DNA from: Harriotta raleighana
Lineage: Eukaryota
DNA length: 64,000 nucleotides
Assembly (NCBI GenBank): GCA_050575255.1
Contig: JBNZDD010013618.1
Coordinates: 2,669,016 to 2,733,015 of the forward strand
Direction: 5' to 3'
Shown here: positions 1 to 12,100 of the stretch, piece after piece
Numbering within the stretch: position 1 is the first letter of the stretch
Layout of the letters: every line of letters starts with the position of its first letter
Notes under the pieces: generated by a model
Told to the model about the DNA's origin: nothing
Databases searched by the model: none
The model's input: only the letters and a program-made list of their open reading frames with translations
Program-made: the position numbers and the translations under genes

Positions 1-189
1 AGCCACCAGCTGTGTAACAAGAAAGTCAAATTAGAAACTAATTGAATTGTAGACTCATTTTTCAGTTCCCCTGTAACTATATCTAGATTAGTTACCTGTA
101 GTTCCTCTGTATAGTACATGTATGATTCCTCTATATAAAGTTATCAAACATCAGAACTATTATTATACTCTATGTCCTCCTCATCCTAG

Positions 190-3100
190 ATGCTCCCTTT
201 CTGCCAAAGACCTAAATCGGAACTACCGACATCCAAAGCAGGATCTCTTCCCCACTGTGTGTCACACAAAGAAAATGATAGAGGAATTTCAGAATGACCA
301 TTATGTAAGTTATGGCTGAATAACTTCCCTTAGACTACAAAAACAGTCACTATACTTGAGAATACTGATATTACTGGAACTCACGTTGACTTTTTAAAAT
401 GTTATAGGCACTTTATAACAATAACATACAATCATTTAGTTTCCCGTAAACTAAATTTCCCATAAAATGTAATGTCTCAAAGAACTTTACAATATACTGT
501 ATAATCAATCAGAAAGAACCAAATGTTGTATAAATAAATTGACTCAACTGTGCCATCAAAATACCACCAGAATATCTGTGAAGTGTCAAATGAAGTAGGG
601 TGGAGGATAGTGCTTTTGATCAGGGTAAGATGATGTTAAGATTTATTTTATACTTGCTTGGATGCAGTTGAAAGCATAAATATAACAAATACACAGTTAC
701 CACATTTCACAGTAAAACCTTATGAAGACGTTTGAGACATCTCGATGATGTGATAAGACACTATATTAAATGCAAGGATTATTATCACTATTGTGTGACA
801 GACAATACACCAATATCTTCCTTTTCTGCTTTGCCACAGATCCTCTTGTACTGTGACCTGCATGGCCACAGTCGGAAACCAAATGCTTTCATGTATGGCT
901 GCAGCCAAGTAGGATTCACGGATCCATCTGGAGCAGTGGACTACCTCAGACAGAGGATATTTCCATGGTTGATCTCTGAGAGGGTAACTCCAATTGAATT
1001 TTATTTCATATTATTGGATTTTATTAACCTAACTATCCACTTTCCTGTAACTTTCTTGCTACTGTTCATTTGTATTCAGCTGCAATGCAGGCTAGCAATT
1101 CTGCCACCTTTTTGCACCAATGCTCTCGAAACGTAATTGTCAAGACACACAAAGGCAACACACTGAGAACTGATTGTGAAAGGGAGTGTTGATCCACAAG
1201 ATGCCATCTTAAATCTGATTGATTTTAAAAAAAATGTATTTAATTTTTAATTCTGCTCTTGTTGTGTCTATCTTATACAACATTGTGTAGTTGCTGACCT
1301 CCCTGCCATTAGAAATAATTTTACATTTCAAATAATTTAGGTTTAAATAATGTAAGTTAATATAATATGTAAAATGCAAGTTGCTCTGTATTTAATCTAC
1401 TGTATATGCTTCTCATTTTGTGTTGCAAGGATCCAGACATGTTTGACTGGAACAGCTGCAAGTTTCATATCCATAAATGTAAGGAATCAACAGGACGGGT
1501 GGTGATGCATAGACAACTGGGTCTAAATGACTCGTTCACCTTAGAGGCCTCATTCTCAGGGGCAGTCAATGAACAGTAAGACAACTGCTATATTTCTTCC
1601 AGCACATGTATTTATTTTAATCATGTTTTTTTAAGAAGAGAATCATAGAAATTTACAGCTCAGAAGGAAGCCATTCAAACCATTGAGTCTGCACCAGCTC
1701 CCACTAACTCCCACTATTCTCAAACCACTTTAAGCCCTTATTCTTGGGTCCTCTATCCAAGCCTCTATATACTGTACCTGACTACTTCCCTCTTGATACT
1801 CATAATGGATTTGCCTCTATTACCTTACACAGCAGGACATTTCACATCCTAACAGCTCGCGGGTGAAAGAAAACTCCAAACATTTCCTTTCGTTCTTGTT
1901 ATGACTATCTTATAACTACATCCTACAGTTCCTGTCACCCCTGCCAGTGGAAATACCTTCTCCCTTTTTACTTTGTCAAAATCCCTCATATTGTCAACAA
2001 CATTAACAAGAATATGAACTTATATAGCTCCCTCCATGCCGGGTGGCATCTCAGAGCACTAAAAAGCGCTGTCGCAATACAACAGCAGCTTATTGTGCCA
2101 GGCTGTCCTTTCATGAACTTCAATTAGTTCACTTAAACTTGCCATCTTCACTGCATATTATGAATGAAGAGACACATTGGCAGGCATCAACCAACCCAGG
2201 CCATTGGTGAATTGTCTGGAAATTAGCTCGAGGAGTATTGGAAGCATCTTTCCGTACCTGGCTTTTTAGCTGAGGAATGGTGAGGGATATTGTTATGCTA
2301 ACTGCTAGCTCTAAATAAACATTGTTAAATAATTCAGAGTTTTTTGTTTCAAAATCTCAGTCTTTCAGCATAATGTGATGAATGTGCTTATATAACATTA
2401 ATGTGTCCGGTGGAACTTTAATAACCAACAATCTGATATTCTGGCCTCCGCAAGGTCCTTTAGATATGTAGTGAAGGAGTGAAGTATAGAGAAATTAGAC
2501 AACTATTAAAGCCTCTGATAATGTTGCTATGCCACCGACTAACTTTGGGCATTAAATTAAATTGTATATGGAATTTTTTCAAGTACTGTACTTGAAATGA
2601 GCTTGGGTCTCCCAATTACTNTATTCTGGCCTCCGCAAGGTCCTTTAGATATGTAGTGAAGGAGATATATAGATATATAGAGAAATTAGACAACTATTAA
2701 AGCCTCTGATAATGTTGCTATGACACCGACTAACTTTGGGCATTAAATTAAATTGTATATAGAATTTTTTCAAGTACTGTACTTGAAATGAGCTTGGGTC
2801 TCCCAATTACTCTGGTCTGAAATCAAGGCTGTCCCAGATCACAATAGTGTGACAGTCTGCTGGGCTCTTGCAGTCTTCCCAGGCTCGATTTGATAGTCCC
2901 TCTTGTGTAGAAGGTAAATTTACATGTAATATTTGAATTATTACATCAAATCTCTTAAATTATCACATCAACTCTCTTAAAATATCACATCAAATCTCTT
3001 AAAATATCACGTCAATTACAAAACGTTGCTCACCTTCATAGTATCTGTAAGTTCTGCATTCTTAGAGGATAATTCCGAAAGAATGCAGGGATTTGGAAGA

Positions 3101-6100
3101 GAAGAACAAGTACTGTATGCTGAAACAATCACATTGCTCTTGATGATCCAGCAGCAATTTTACCCCTTTTCTTTTGGTCATCCAGGTATCTGACACTCGC
3201 AGAAAGTAACAGTTCTTTATATGATGTGAGATGGTTGAGAAGTTAATGTAAGACAAGCTCTGACTGCACAATCTTAATGCGGTTGTACCACGATTCATTT
3301 CTGAAAGGCAGTCCATCCATTCTTGCAAAAGGAAATTCGACATGTGAGTGAGCAAGAGAATTAGATTTTGACGAGGTGGATCAAGTGAAGAAAAATACTT
3401 AGTGTAGACTTCGTGTACTGAATGATCTGTTTCTACATTGTAACATTCTATGATGTTATGTATTTGCTGGTGATTCGTTCAAGAGTTGTAATCATTAGAA
3501 CAACTTGCATTGACAAAGCATTCATCATGCAGAGCACAAAATAGGTTCCTTTAACATTGTACGGTTGGAACTTAAAGAAAAGCAAAAAAAAAGGAAGATG
3601 TAAAGTAAGAGATTATTTTAATATTATTTTTAAAAAAACTCTTTTCTTTCAGTTGTACTGTTCATCATTTTAATATACAAGATTATATGTCAATTGGAGA
3701 AAAATTCTGTAAGGGCATAATGGACTATATCAGGCTGGCTGAAAACACTTTGTAAGTTTTATATTATGTATATATTGTTTTATCTGAAATATTTCAGTTA
3801 ATGAATATTATATTAGAATTGAGATACATAGGTAGACTGGTGACACAGTTCATGGTGTGCAAATGTGGTATGCCATAAACTTGTAAAGTATGAGTTTTCC
3901 CTCTACAAATTATTATAGGACAATATTCTAAATTGAGAGGGAAGGCAGTGAGCAGAGCTGTTGAAAACCAAAATAGACAATTCATTAATACTCAACAGAT
4001 ACAATTCAAGAATGTCACCAAAAACACACAAGGTGACAACCTCTGACATTATCCATCAATTTCCTATTTGGGAAAACTGAGTTTAACACAGGAGATTCAG
4101 TGCAAGAGAATTGTGAGCAGCACATTCAGGACATCATGGTAACCTAAACTATTCCGTACTGAAGAATTTCAACGTATCATTCCAGCTGGAAAAACCTGCA
4201 GAACCTTCAGACATAAGAAATAGAACCAGACACATGTTTAGTTATTTTTTAGGAACAGCCAGCCCCTCATCTTACAGAAGTGTTATTGCACGGTGCAAAA
4301 TTGTTCAAAGAATCTATTGAATCAAATTACACGATTCGAATCCATGAATAAGTAAGGAAGACTCTTGGCAGTGTGTGAAGAGTCTCAGAATTTTTTTCAT
4401 ATAGAACTGAAGAACTACAACATTGAGATACACAGGTAGACTAGTGGCACAGTTCATTGTGTGCAATGTAGTATGCCATAAAATTGTAAAGTATGAATAT
4501 TCCCTCTACAAATTATTATAGGACAACATTCTAAATTGAGAAGAACTTAACTCATTGTTTACATCAAATGAATTTAGTTCAACATATTCAAAATAACAGA
4601 TGGTTGGAACCATATCAAAAATGCCTTACACAATCTCAAGTTTCATAGTGGATTAGAAAAAAAAGTCTCAAATTGATTCATAAGTTAGTAAAAACACCCC
4701 CGCGGGTTGCAAAAATGCCTGGTGTGAGAAATCGGGAATGTCACAATGGAGGGATAGCATTGGATTGTGGGAGGAGTCCTGTTCCCTGAGACTAGGCTGT
4801 TGGTTTGCTGGTGAACACAAGAGCGGAGGCTTTACCCTGTATTTGACCTGGGAACGTGTTTGTTACTGGCACTGGAGGCCTGGAATGGGAAAAAGTTCAA
4901 TTCTCCAATGCTATCATTTTTCACCTTAATATGTGCAAAATAAAAATAAATCTTTGCCATTTATCAATGTCATTATATTTTGTATGTTTCCTGGTGCATG
5001 ATTTATCGGAGTTATCCCAAGTTCAATCCAATGGAACATGTACAACTATGCTACACTGCAGGATTCATTCTATCGGCAATATTAAGTGAACTACTTTAGC
5101 AATGTCACAGAATTGTTTAGTGCCACATTATATGTTTTAAGTTAAGTAATATTTAGTAACTCGATAAATATATTTATTTCAAACGATTTTTGCTGATTAG
5201 AGTTACAGTGATAGAGGTGCGAAATTATATCTATAAGAAAAATGCTGCCTGATGAACTATGACCCTCCTACAACACAGAAGACCACAGTATCTTGACATT
5301 GTGATTAAATGGCATTTTTTTCAAAAAAAACATTAGCAAATGATTCTTTAAATTTTGAGTCACTTGTTTGTCCCATTCCTGGTCTGAAAATGATGGTGGA
5401 ATATCAACACATTCAATCTATTGATTGCACACAAGAGCAAACACTGGTAACACTGGTGTTAATAGTGAACTTTAACTCAAGCCCAAATTTTCTGACATTA
5501 TTGTATGATGAATTTTCCAATAACTCTGATTTTAACATTGTCTTTCAGAAAGCTTAATGAAGTAATCCTGAACCTGATCTATTCTATAAAACTGCAAGTA
5601 AAAAAACAAAGAGGAAAAAGTGCCCCTGTACTCTCCAGGGATGACAGATCATCTCCAAAGGAAGATGAAAGCCAGAAAGATGAAGAAGTTGATGAAGAAG
5701 ATGGTATATTATCAAACAATGGAACATTCTTTTTTCCTGCTTTCCTTCCCCCTACCGCGACTCCTCCCCTTGCCATCTTTCCCCCTTTTCTCCCGCTGAC
5801 CCCACTTCCATGACTGTTTGTGGGACACTGCTGCGTTTCACCCACAAATATACAGTCAATTTTCCTACTTTCCTTCCGCCAACCCCTCCCCCCCTGCTCT
5901 GATCCCTACTTGACTGTTCAGCGCCTTGGGACATCCTCCCAACGTGAAAGGCGCTAAATTAATGTAATTATTGATTGATTGATTCAAACTGATATTCCTT
6001 TAGTTGCAATAATAGGTTAGAATGTGGTTTGTGTTTAGTTTGGCTGGTCAAGAACCTGTTTTTCTAAGGGATTTGAAGATGCGGATTTAGCAATATTATT

Positions 6101-9100
6101 GGTAGAATCAATTTTATTTTGTACTAATTTGTTCTTCACTCTCAGTATTATTTCGACCAGTCTCACTTTACTCACTCTGCATTTAAATATCATATTTATT
6201 CTCCATCCAAATTATTACATTTTACAAGATAAATCTTACAAAAGAATAACCTCTTTATAAAGTATAGATATGGGATTGAAGGGAAAACATTCAAGCTGTG
6301 TTTAGATTTACAAAAGTTTTTTTCAGTATTTCAGAGGGTGCAGAATTTGGTAAGTAACAATTCAGGCTTAAGTCTGAAGTCGTTTATCTGCAGTTCTTAA
6401 AAGAAACAAGAAATTTCCAGTAACATTGCTTACAAATTAAGAATTGGCCAAATTCTGGATGCTCAGAAATGCAACATAAATAGGATTAATCCAAGTGGAA
6501 TTTCAACTACCGGGAATTCAATTAACGGAGATTAAATCCATGAGTTAAAGGGACACATAGCCACAGCAAATTAGCAGAACGTCATGCTGGCACTTTCTAC
6601 CGGCAGCTTACTTTCTATCATATCTAATTGATGACCTCTGTAACAGTCAGATCAGGAATCTCTGTGTGAAAAATAATTGTAGAAACACACATCCTCTTTT
6701 TCCATTGCACTTTCCCTTCGCTTAGAGCATCCAAGTACCAATCTACCACACTACAATTATAGACTATTTGCTGTTGTAAATACCTCAGTCCATTGCTTCT
6801 GATAGATTAATGAGCTGCCAGAATAGGCTTTGACCCTGTCGAATTGATGAATTACTGTGCTGAAATAATAACAGCCTCGAAATAATCGCATTCTTCTTGA
6901 ATGGATCTGCTGCAAAAAGACATTTCAGATATTAAATTATCTTTGATTTTGCCAAGAAAATGGGGAGACAGAATTTGCTGAAACAGATTCGAGTTCCAGA
7001 CCAATTGAATCAGGCAGCGGGGAAGGAAGATTCAAACTAAACAGCCTGGCTGTTGAGGTGAGACTTGTCGAATTAAATGCAATGATTTGTAAATCTATAA
7101 GGCTGCATTTTAATATTGCATTTATTAACTAAATGCAATTCACATCCACAACCAGTTACATTTTACAGGATTGATGGGGTGTTTGACACACACCATAACC
7201 CATCTTCATTTCTAAGAGTGTCCAAACCGGTTTGAGAGTTGCACATTACATGCAGGTTGATAAACCCAAAGCTTGGGGACTCCAGAATATGTTTTGAGAT
7301 ACTGCTGGAATTCAACCAGCTGAAAACAGCACAGCTTGTCATTGAGTTAAGCTTCCACTAGTAAGCTTCCACTGCTTATTAAGCTAGGACTACTCTCTCC
7401 TTTGGGGATTTGGTTTGCAGGGATAAAGGGAGCAAAGTAAAACAAAGTCCTCGCTATGTTACAGGATAACAATAATAATCATTCAATCCACAACTGTTTG
7501 TGAGACACTAGTGTGAAATTGGCTGCCATGTTTTGTCCACAAATATACAATCAATTTTTCAGTATATTCTGTGAATAATAGATGTCCAGAAGATGTGAAA
7601 AAGCGGCATATCAAATGCAAGGATTATTATTATAGCATAATTCAATTGATATCTAATGGAGTGCCACCTAAACATCCTCTTCAATGACAACTTGCATTTA
7701 TAGAGTGCCTTTTAAGCAAGGTAGTGTCCAGGAGTATTTGACAGTGGCAAAGTCTGACAATGAGCCGGGGGAGAAGTGGGGTGGGGTACTTCAGATATCT
7801 ATTTGCCCTTATAGACTGGGTAGGAGCTGTATGTGGTACAAATACAATTTAAAATGTTGTTTTCATCCATGATTCGCAGAGGAATTCTGTTCTGTCAGTG
7901 TTTGATTTTGTCCGAATTTAAGATTTGGATTCAGAGTATTCACACATTCAGCTCTCTGACGCACAGTTTGATCTGAAACCCAATTTGTCATTTTTCTCCC
8001 GTCTTTACTTTCTACTGTAGCTAAAATGTGCCCAAATATAGTTTACTAATTCAGATTACAGCCTGCATTAGACAGCTATTCACATCAATGATAGCAGTGT
8101 TGTGAAGTGCCTCACCTGACATGCTTCTCGTGACATGAAAGGCGTTATAGAAATGCAATTTGTTGTTGCTGTTGCTCTGACAAAATGACTTCTTATAGCT
8201 TATAGCAGGGATTTAATGTGAAGATATTTTCTATAGGACAACTTGGAAAAACAACCAAAGCATCATCAAGTGAAGAACTTTCTTCAGTTGGAAGACCATG
8301 TACTACAGGAATCACTGCAGAGATGTTGCTCTCTTCTAGACCAGATGAATGTGTCCGAAGGTGTGCTGGAGTCAGAGTATGTAAACCAAAGCAAATAGAA
8401 TTATCTAAATTAGTTTTTAACATACTCAATTTAGCATTTAATATACAGTTTGTACGAGCAAATATATAATAATCTGATAATTGCATAACCAATGAATCAT
8501 AGATTTATACAGCACAGAAGGAGGCCATTCAGCCCATCGTGACTATGCTGGCTCTCTTTGAAAAGAACTGTCCAAATCAATCCCACCCCCCACATTTAAG
8601 AAATGAAGAAAACATTCAATAAGCAAGGAAACAGTAGTTTCTGCAGGACCCCAATGTTCAACATCCAATGTGCACTATATCAAATGCAAGGATTATTAAT
8701 ATTATTATTATATTAAGCTAAAATTTAAATTGGATATAATTTGCAACAATTTGAAACAGAAGTTATCAATTGCAAAGATTATTATTATTAATATCTCCTG
8801 TGTGCAATTGGCTGCCGCGTTTCGCCCATAAATATACAGTCAATTCACTTGATAGTATATTCTGCGAAGCACTTTGAGACGTCTAAAAGATGTGAAAAGT
8901 GCTATATCAAATGTAAGGATTATTATTATTATTGACCCAGATTTTCAAACAGGGGATTCCGCCAATAACTGAACGTGCACTAGGCTGACACATTAGAATT
9001 TACAATCTACAATCTGCCTGAGAATATCAGAGCAGGATTCACATGGATTAGAGTGATACTATTCCCAGGCTCCATGAGCCTATGAATCCCATCCTTGCGT

Positions 9101-12100
9101 GGCTCCACTGGCTCCCCATCCCCCAGAGGATCAAGTTTAAGATCCTCATCCGCACTTTTAAAGCATTCCATGGTATTGCCTATCCTACCTCTACAACCTT
9201 TTTAACCCTGATATTAACAGTTTACCCCGGTACAATAGTTCTCAATAATAATATGGTGAGCAATATTTTGGCAATATATGGTGAGATTCTTATGAATCTT
9301 GTCTGCTTTGGGGTCCTGTAGGTCAGTGGTTAGAGCAGTCACCATGCAAGCGAGATACTTGGGTTCAATTCGAAATGTGAAACCTTGCACAAGTTTCCTT
9401 ACTCCACATGCCTGATAATAATCGCTAAAAAAAACGATAATAATTTGGGCACTCAAGCCACAAATATATAATCAATTCACTTTACAGTATATTCTGTGAA
9501 ACATTTTGAGACGTCTAGAAAATGCAAGGATTATTAATATTATTATTATATTAAGCTGAAAATTTTCTGCAAATGAATTGATGCCTTAAGATGACTTGAC
9601 AAAACCAAATCTGCCATTTTCAGGACAAGTGAAGATAGCAACAGTGAGGTTGAATCCGAGGTTACATTTTATCCAAGGACGATAAGGAAGAAAAAAGTGC
9701 GGAGATGCTCTAAAATTAAGTCCGCTCTCCCCACCCTCTCCATTCGTCAGATTGGCAAAGACAAAGCCAAGCAGGTAAAACAATGGCATTCTGACAAGTT
9801 TACAAACAGCAATCGCTGCAATGTAAACACAAAGTACACGTTACAGTTAACACTTGTCGATCACGGCGGTTACGTTCCTGGAAAACTGCGCACTCAACGA
9901 AATTGCGTTGGAGAATCTTAAGAAGTAATGGAAAAAGGAGGGTTAGGGGATTCCAGTTGTAGGCCACCCACCTCAAGCCGGAGAAAAACGCTTGGAGGCA
10001 GGGCCGCTCGGGAGCTGGGGAGGGAGTGTGGGGAGCCGCTCGGGCTCTGTAGGAGACTGTCTCTCGCTCTCTATCCTGTATACCATGCAACACATCAGGC
10101 CGAACAGTTATCTAAACCTTACCCAGGAATGCATTGCGTGTGGGGCCAGCCAGCCAAGGAATCATCCGCTTTAGTCGGTATCTACCGGCCTCGTCAAAAG
10201 TGCGAATGTGTGCTAGACCAGCCAGCCGAGGAATCATTGGATTTAGTTGGCGGCTGTCGGCGAACTCACATGTGCGTATGCGCGCGGGGGCCAGCCAGCG
10301 CGTATACATAAGTTTTACGCGCGCTGCACAAAAACGTGATGCTTTTGTTTCGTCGCGTCTGCTTGAATTTGCAATCGATAAAGTCACCTTCGACGAGAGT
10401 TAACTGTATGTTGGAAATAGTCAAGTGAATGTTCGCAGGGTCTGTGCCCATCCTAGCATTAGGAACTGTGAGTTCAATCTGTTTTGAGATTAATGGGAAA
10501 TACCTTAGGCTATTGTTGGTTTGATCCCCTCCAAACACCACCCACCCAAGGAGCAAATTGATAAATGTCACCGGAAACAAATGAGAAATTAGAAGGCAAT
10601 TTGTTTTAAAAGAACCTGTTTTTTATTTATTACAGATGAATCGAATACCTATGAAATCCTATGCACCATTTGTGAATCGATATGCAAATCGCAGTAATGG
10701 AGGAATCCCAATATTTGCTGAGGAACGGTTGTTGGAAAGAGCTGCAAATTCAAAGGTGAAAAGAAACTCTGTTGCCAGTGTTTTGAGAACACTCCTTTAA
10801 ATGTTGCATCTGCAATCAATCAAAATTACATTTATATAGCACCTTTCACATCGGGAGGATGTCCCAAGGCACCGTTCAGTCAAGTAGGGATCAGAGCAGG
10901 AGGGGTCGAGCGAAGGAAAATAGGAAAAATTGACTGTATATTTGTGGGCGAAAATGTGGCAGCCAAATTGGGCACAGCAGTGTCCCACAAACAGTTATGG
11001 AAGTGGGGTTAGGGGAGAAAGGGGGGAAAGATGGCAAGGGAAGGGGTCAGGGTAGGGGGAAGGAGAACAGAAAAAACAACTGTATATTTGTGGTCCAAAA
11101 GTGGCAGCCAAATTGCGCACAGTAGCGTCCCACAACAGTCATGGAAGTGGGGCCATGGTAGAAAGGGGGAAAGAGGGTAAGGGGTTATCCATTAATGGGA
11201 TCTTACATTAATGAGATTTTAGAAAGGTTACAGCACAGAAGAACAACTTGCATGTAAACAACTCAAAGTGATTGACCGAGAAAGTAGGGCCAGAAGATGG
11301 GCTGTGGGAGGGATACCTGAAGGCACAATCAAAGAAAGTAATTCATAGAAGAGTTTTGAAAACAGACAGAGAGAGTGAAGTGCAGGGATTTAATTTAATT
11401 TAATTCGAGGCTGTGAGAACAAAGAAGTAGCCGGATCAATCCATTGTATCTGTTCTTGTGTAAGTACCTCTGCTGCATTTTTAGAATCAAATTTTATTCT
11501 CTTGTTCTTTATGCCCATTAATATTTTTAGTCAAATAATTAAATAACAGCAATCTAAATAATGTTATGGTCAACTTCTTAACCAGGCATTCTGTATGCTC
11601 AAATTTTCCTTCCAAGTTAAAATGTTCTTTTATCTCCCGTCATTTTTCTTCCCCTGGTTTCGCCCACAAATATACAGTCAGTTTTTCCTGCTTTTCTTCC
11701 CCCGACTCCTCCCCCCACTTGACTGTACAGCGCCTTGGGACGTCCTCCTGACGTGAAAGGCGCTATATAAATATAATATATAAATAAAATAAATAAATTG
11801 TGGGATGTTATGCCAAACAAGAAAATCAGTAAACTACAACAACAACTTGCATTTGTAAAGTATGCTTCATGCAGAATAGTGTCTTAGAGTGCTGCACAGA
11901 GGGAGGGAAGTGGCTACAGGCATGGTTGAAGTCAAAGTGGGATTTAAAGGTAGATAAAGAGGGGGAGAGCAAAGAGATTGAGTTAAGGAGTTCAAGAATG
12001 TTTAGGGATTGTAAGATTTTTTGAGCAGACAGTTAGTCGCTTTACCGAGATATAATGGAGCTTTGCTGAATTTGATAATGATTGTAGGAAGTGAACACAC

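Noticed and set aside
2437-2811. ~185-bp tandem duplication
   Set aside because: Separated by N at 2621 with a few SNP/microsatellite differences, consistent with two alleles assembled side by side.
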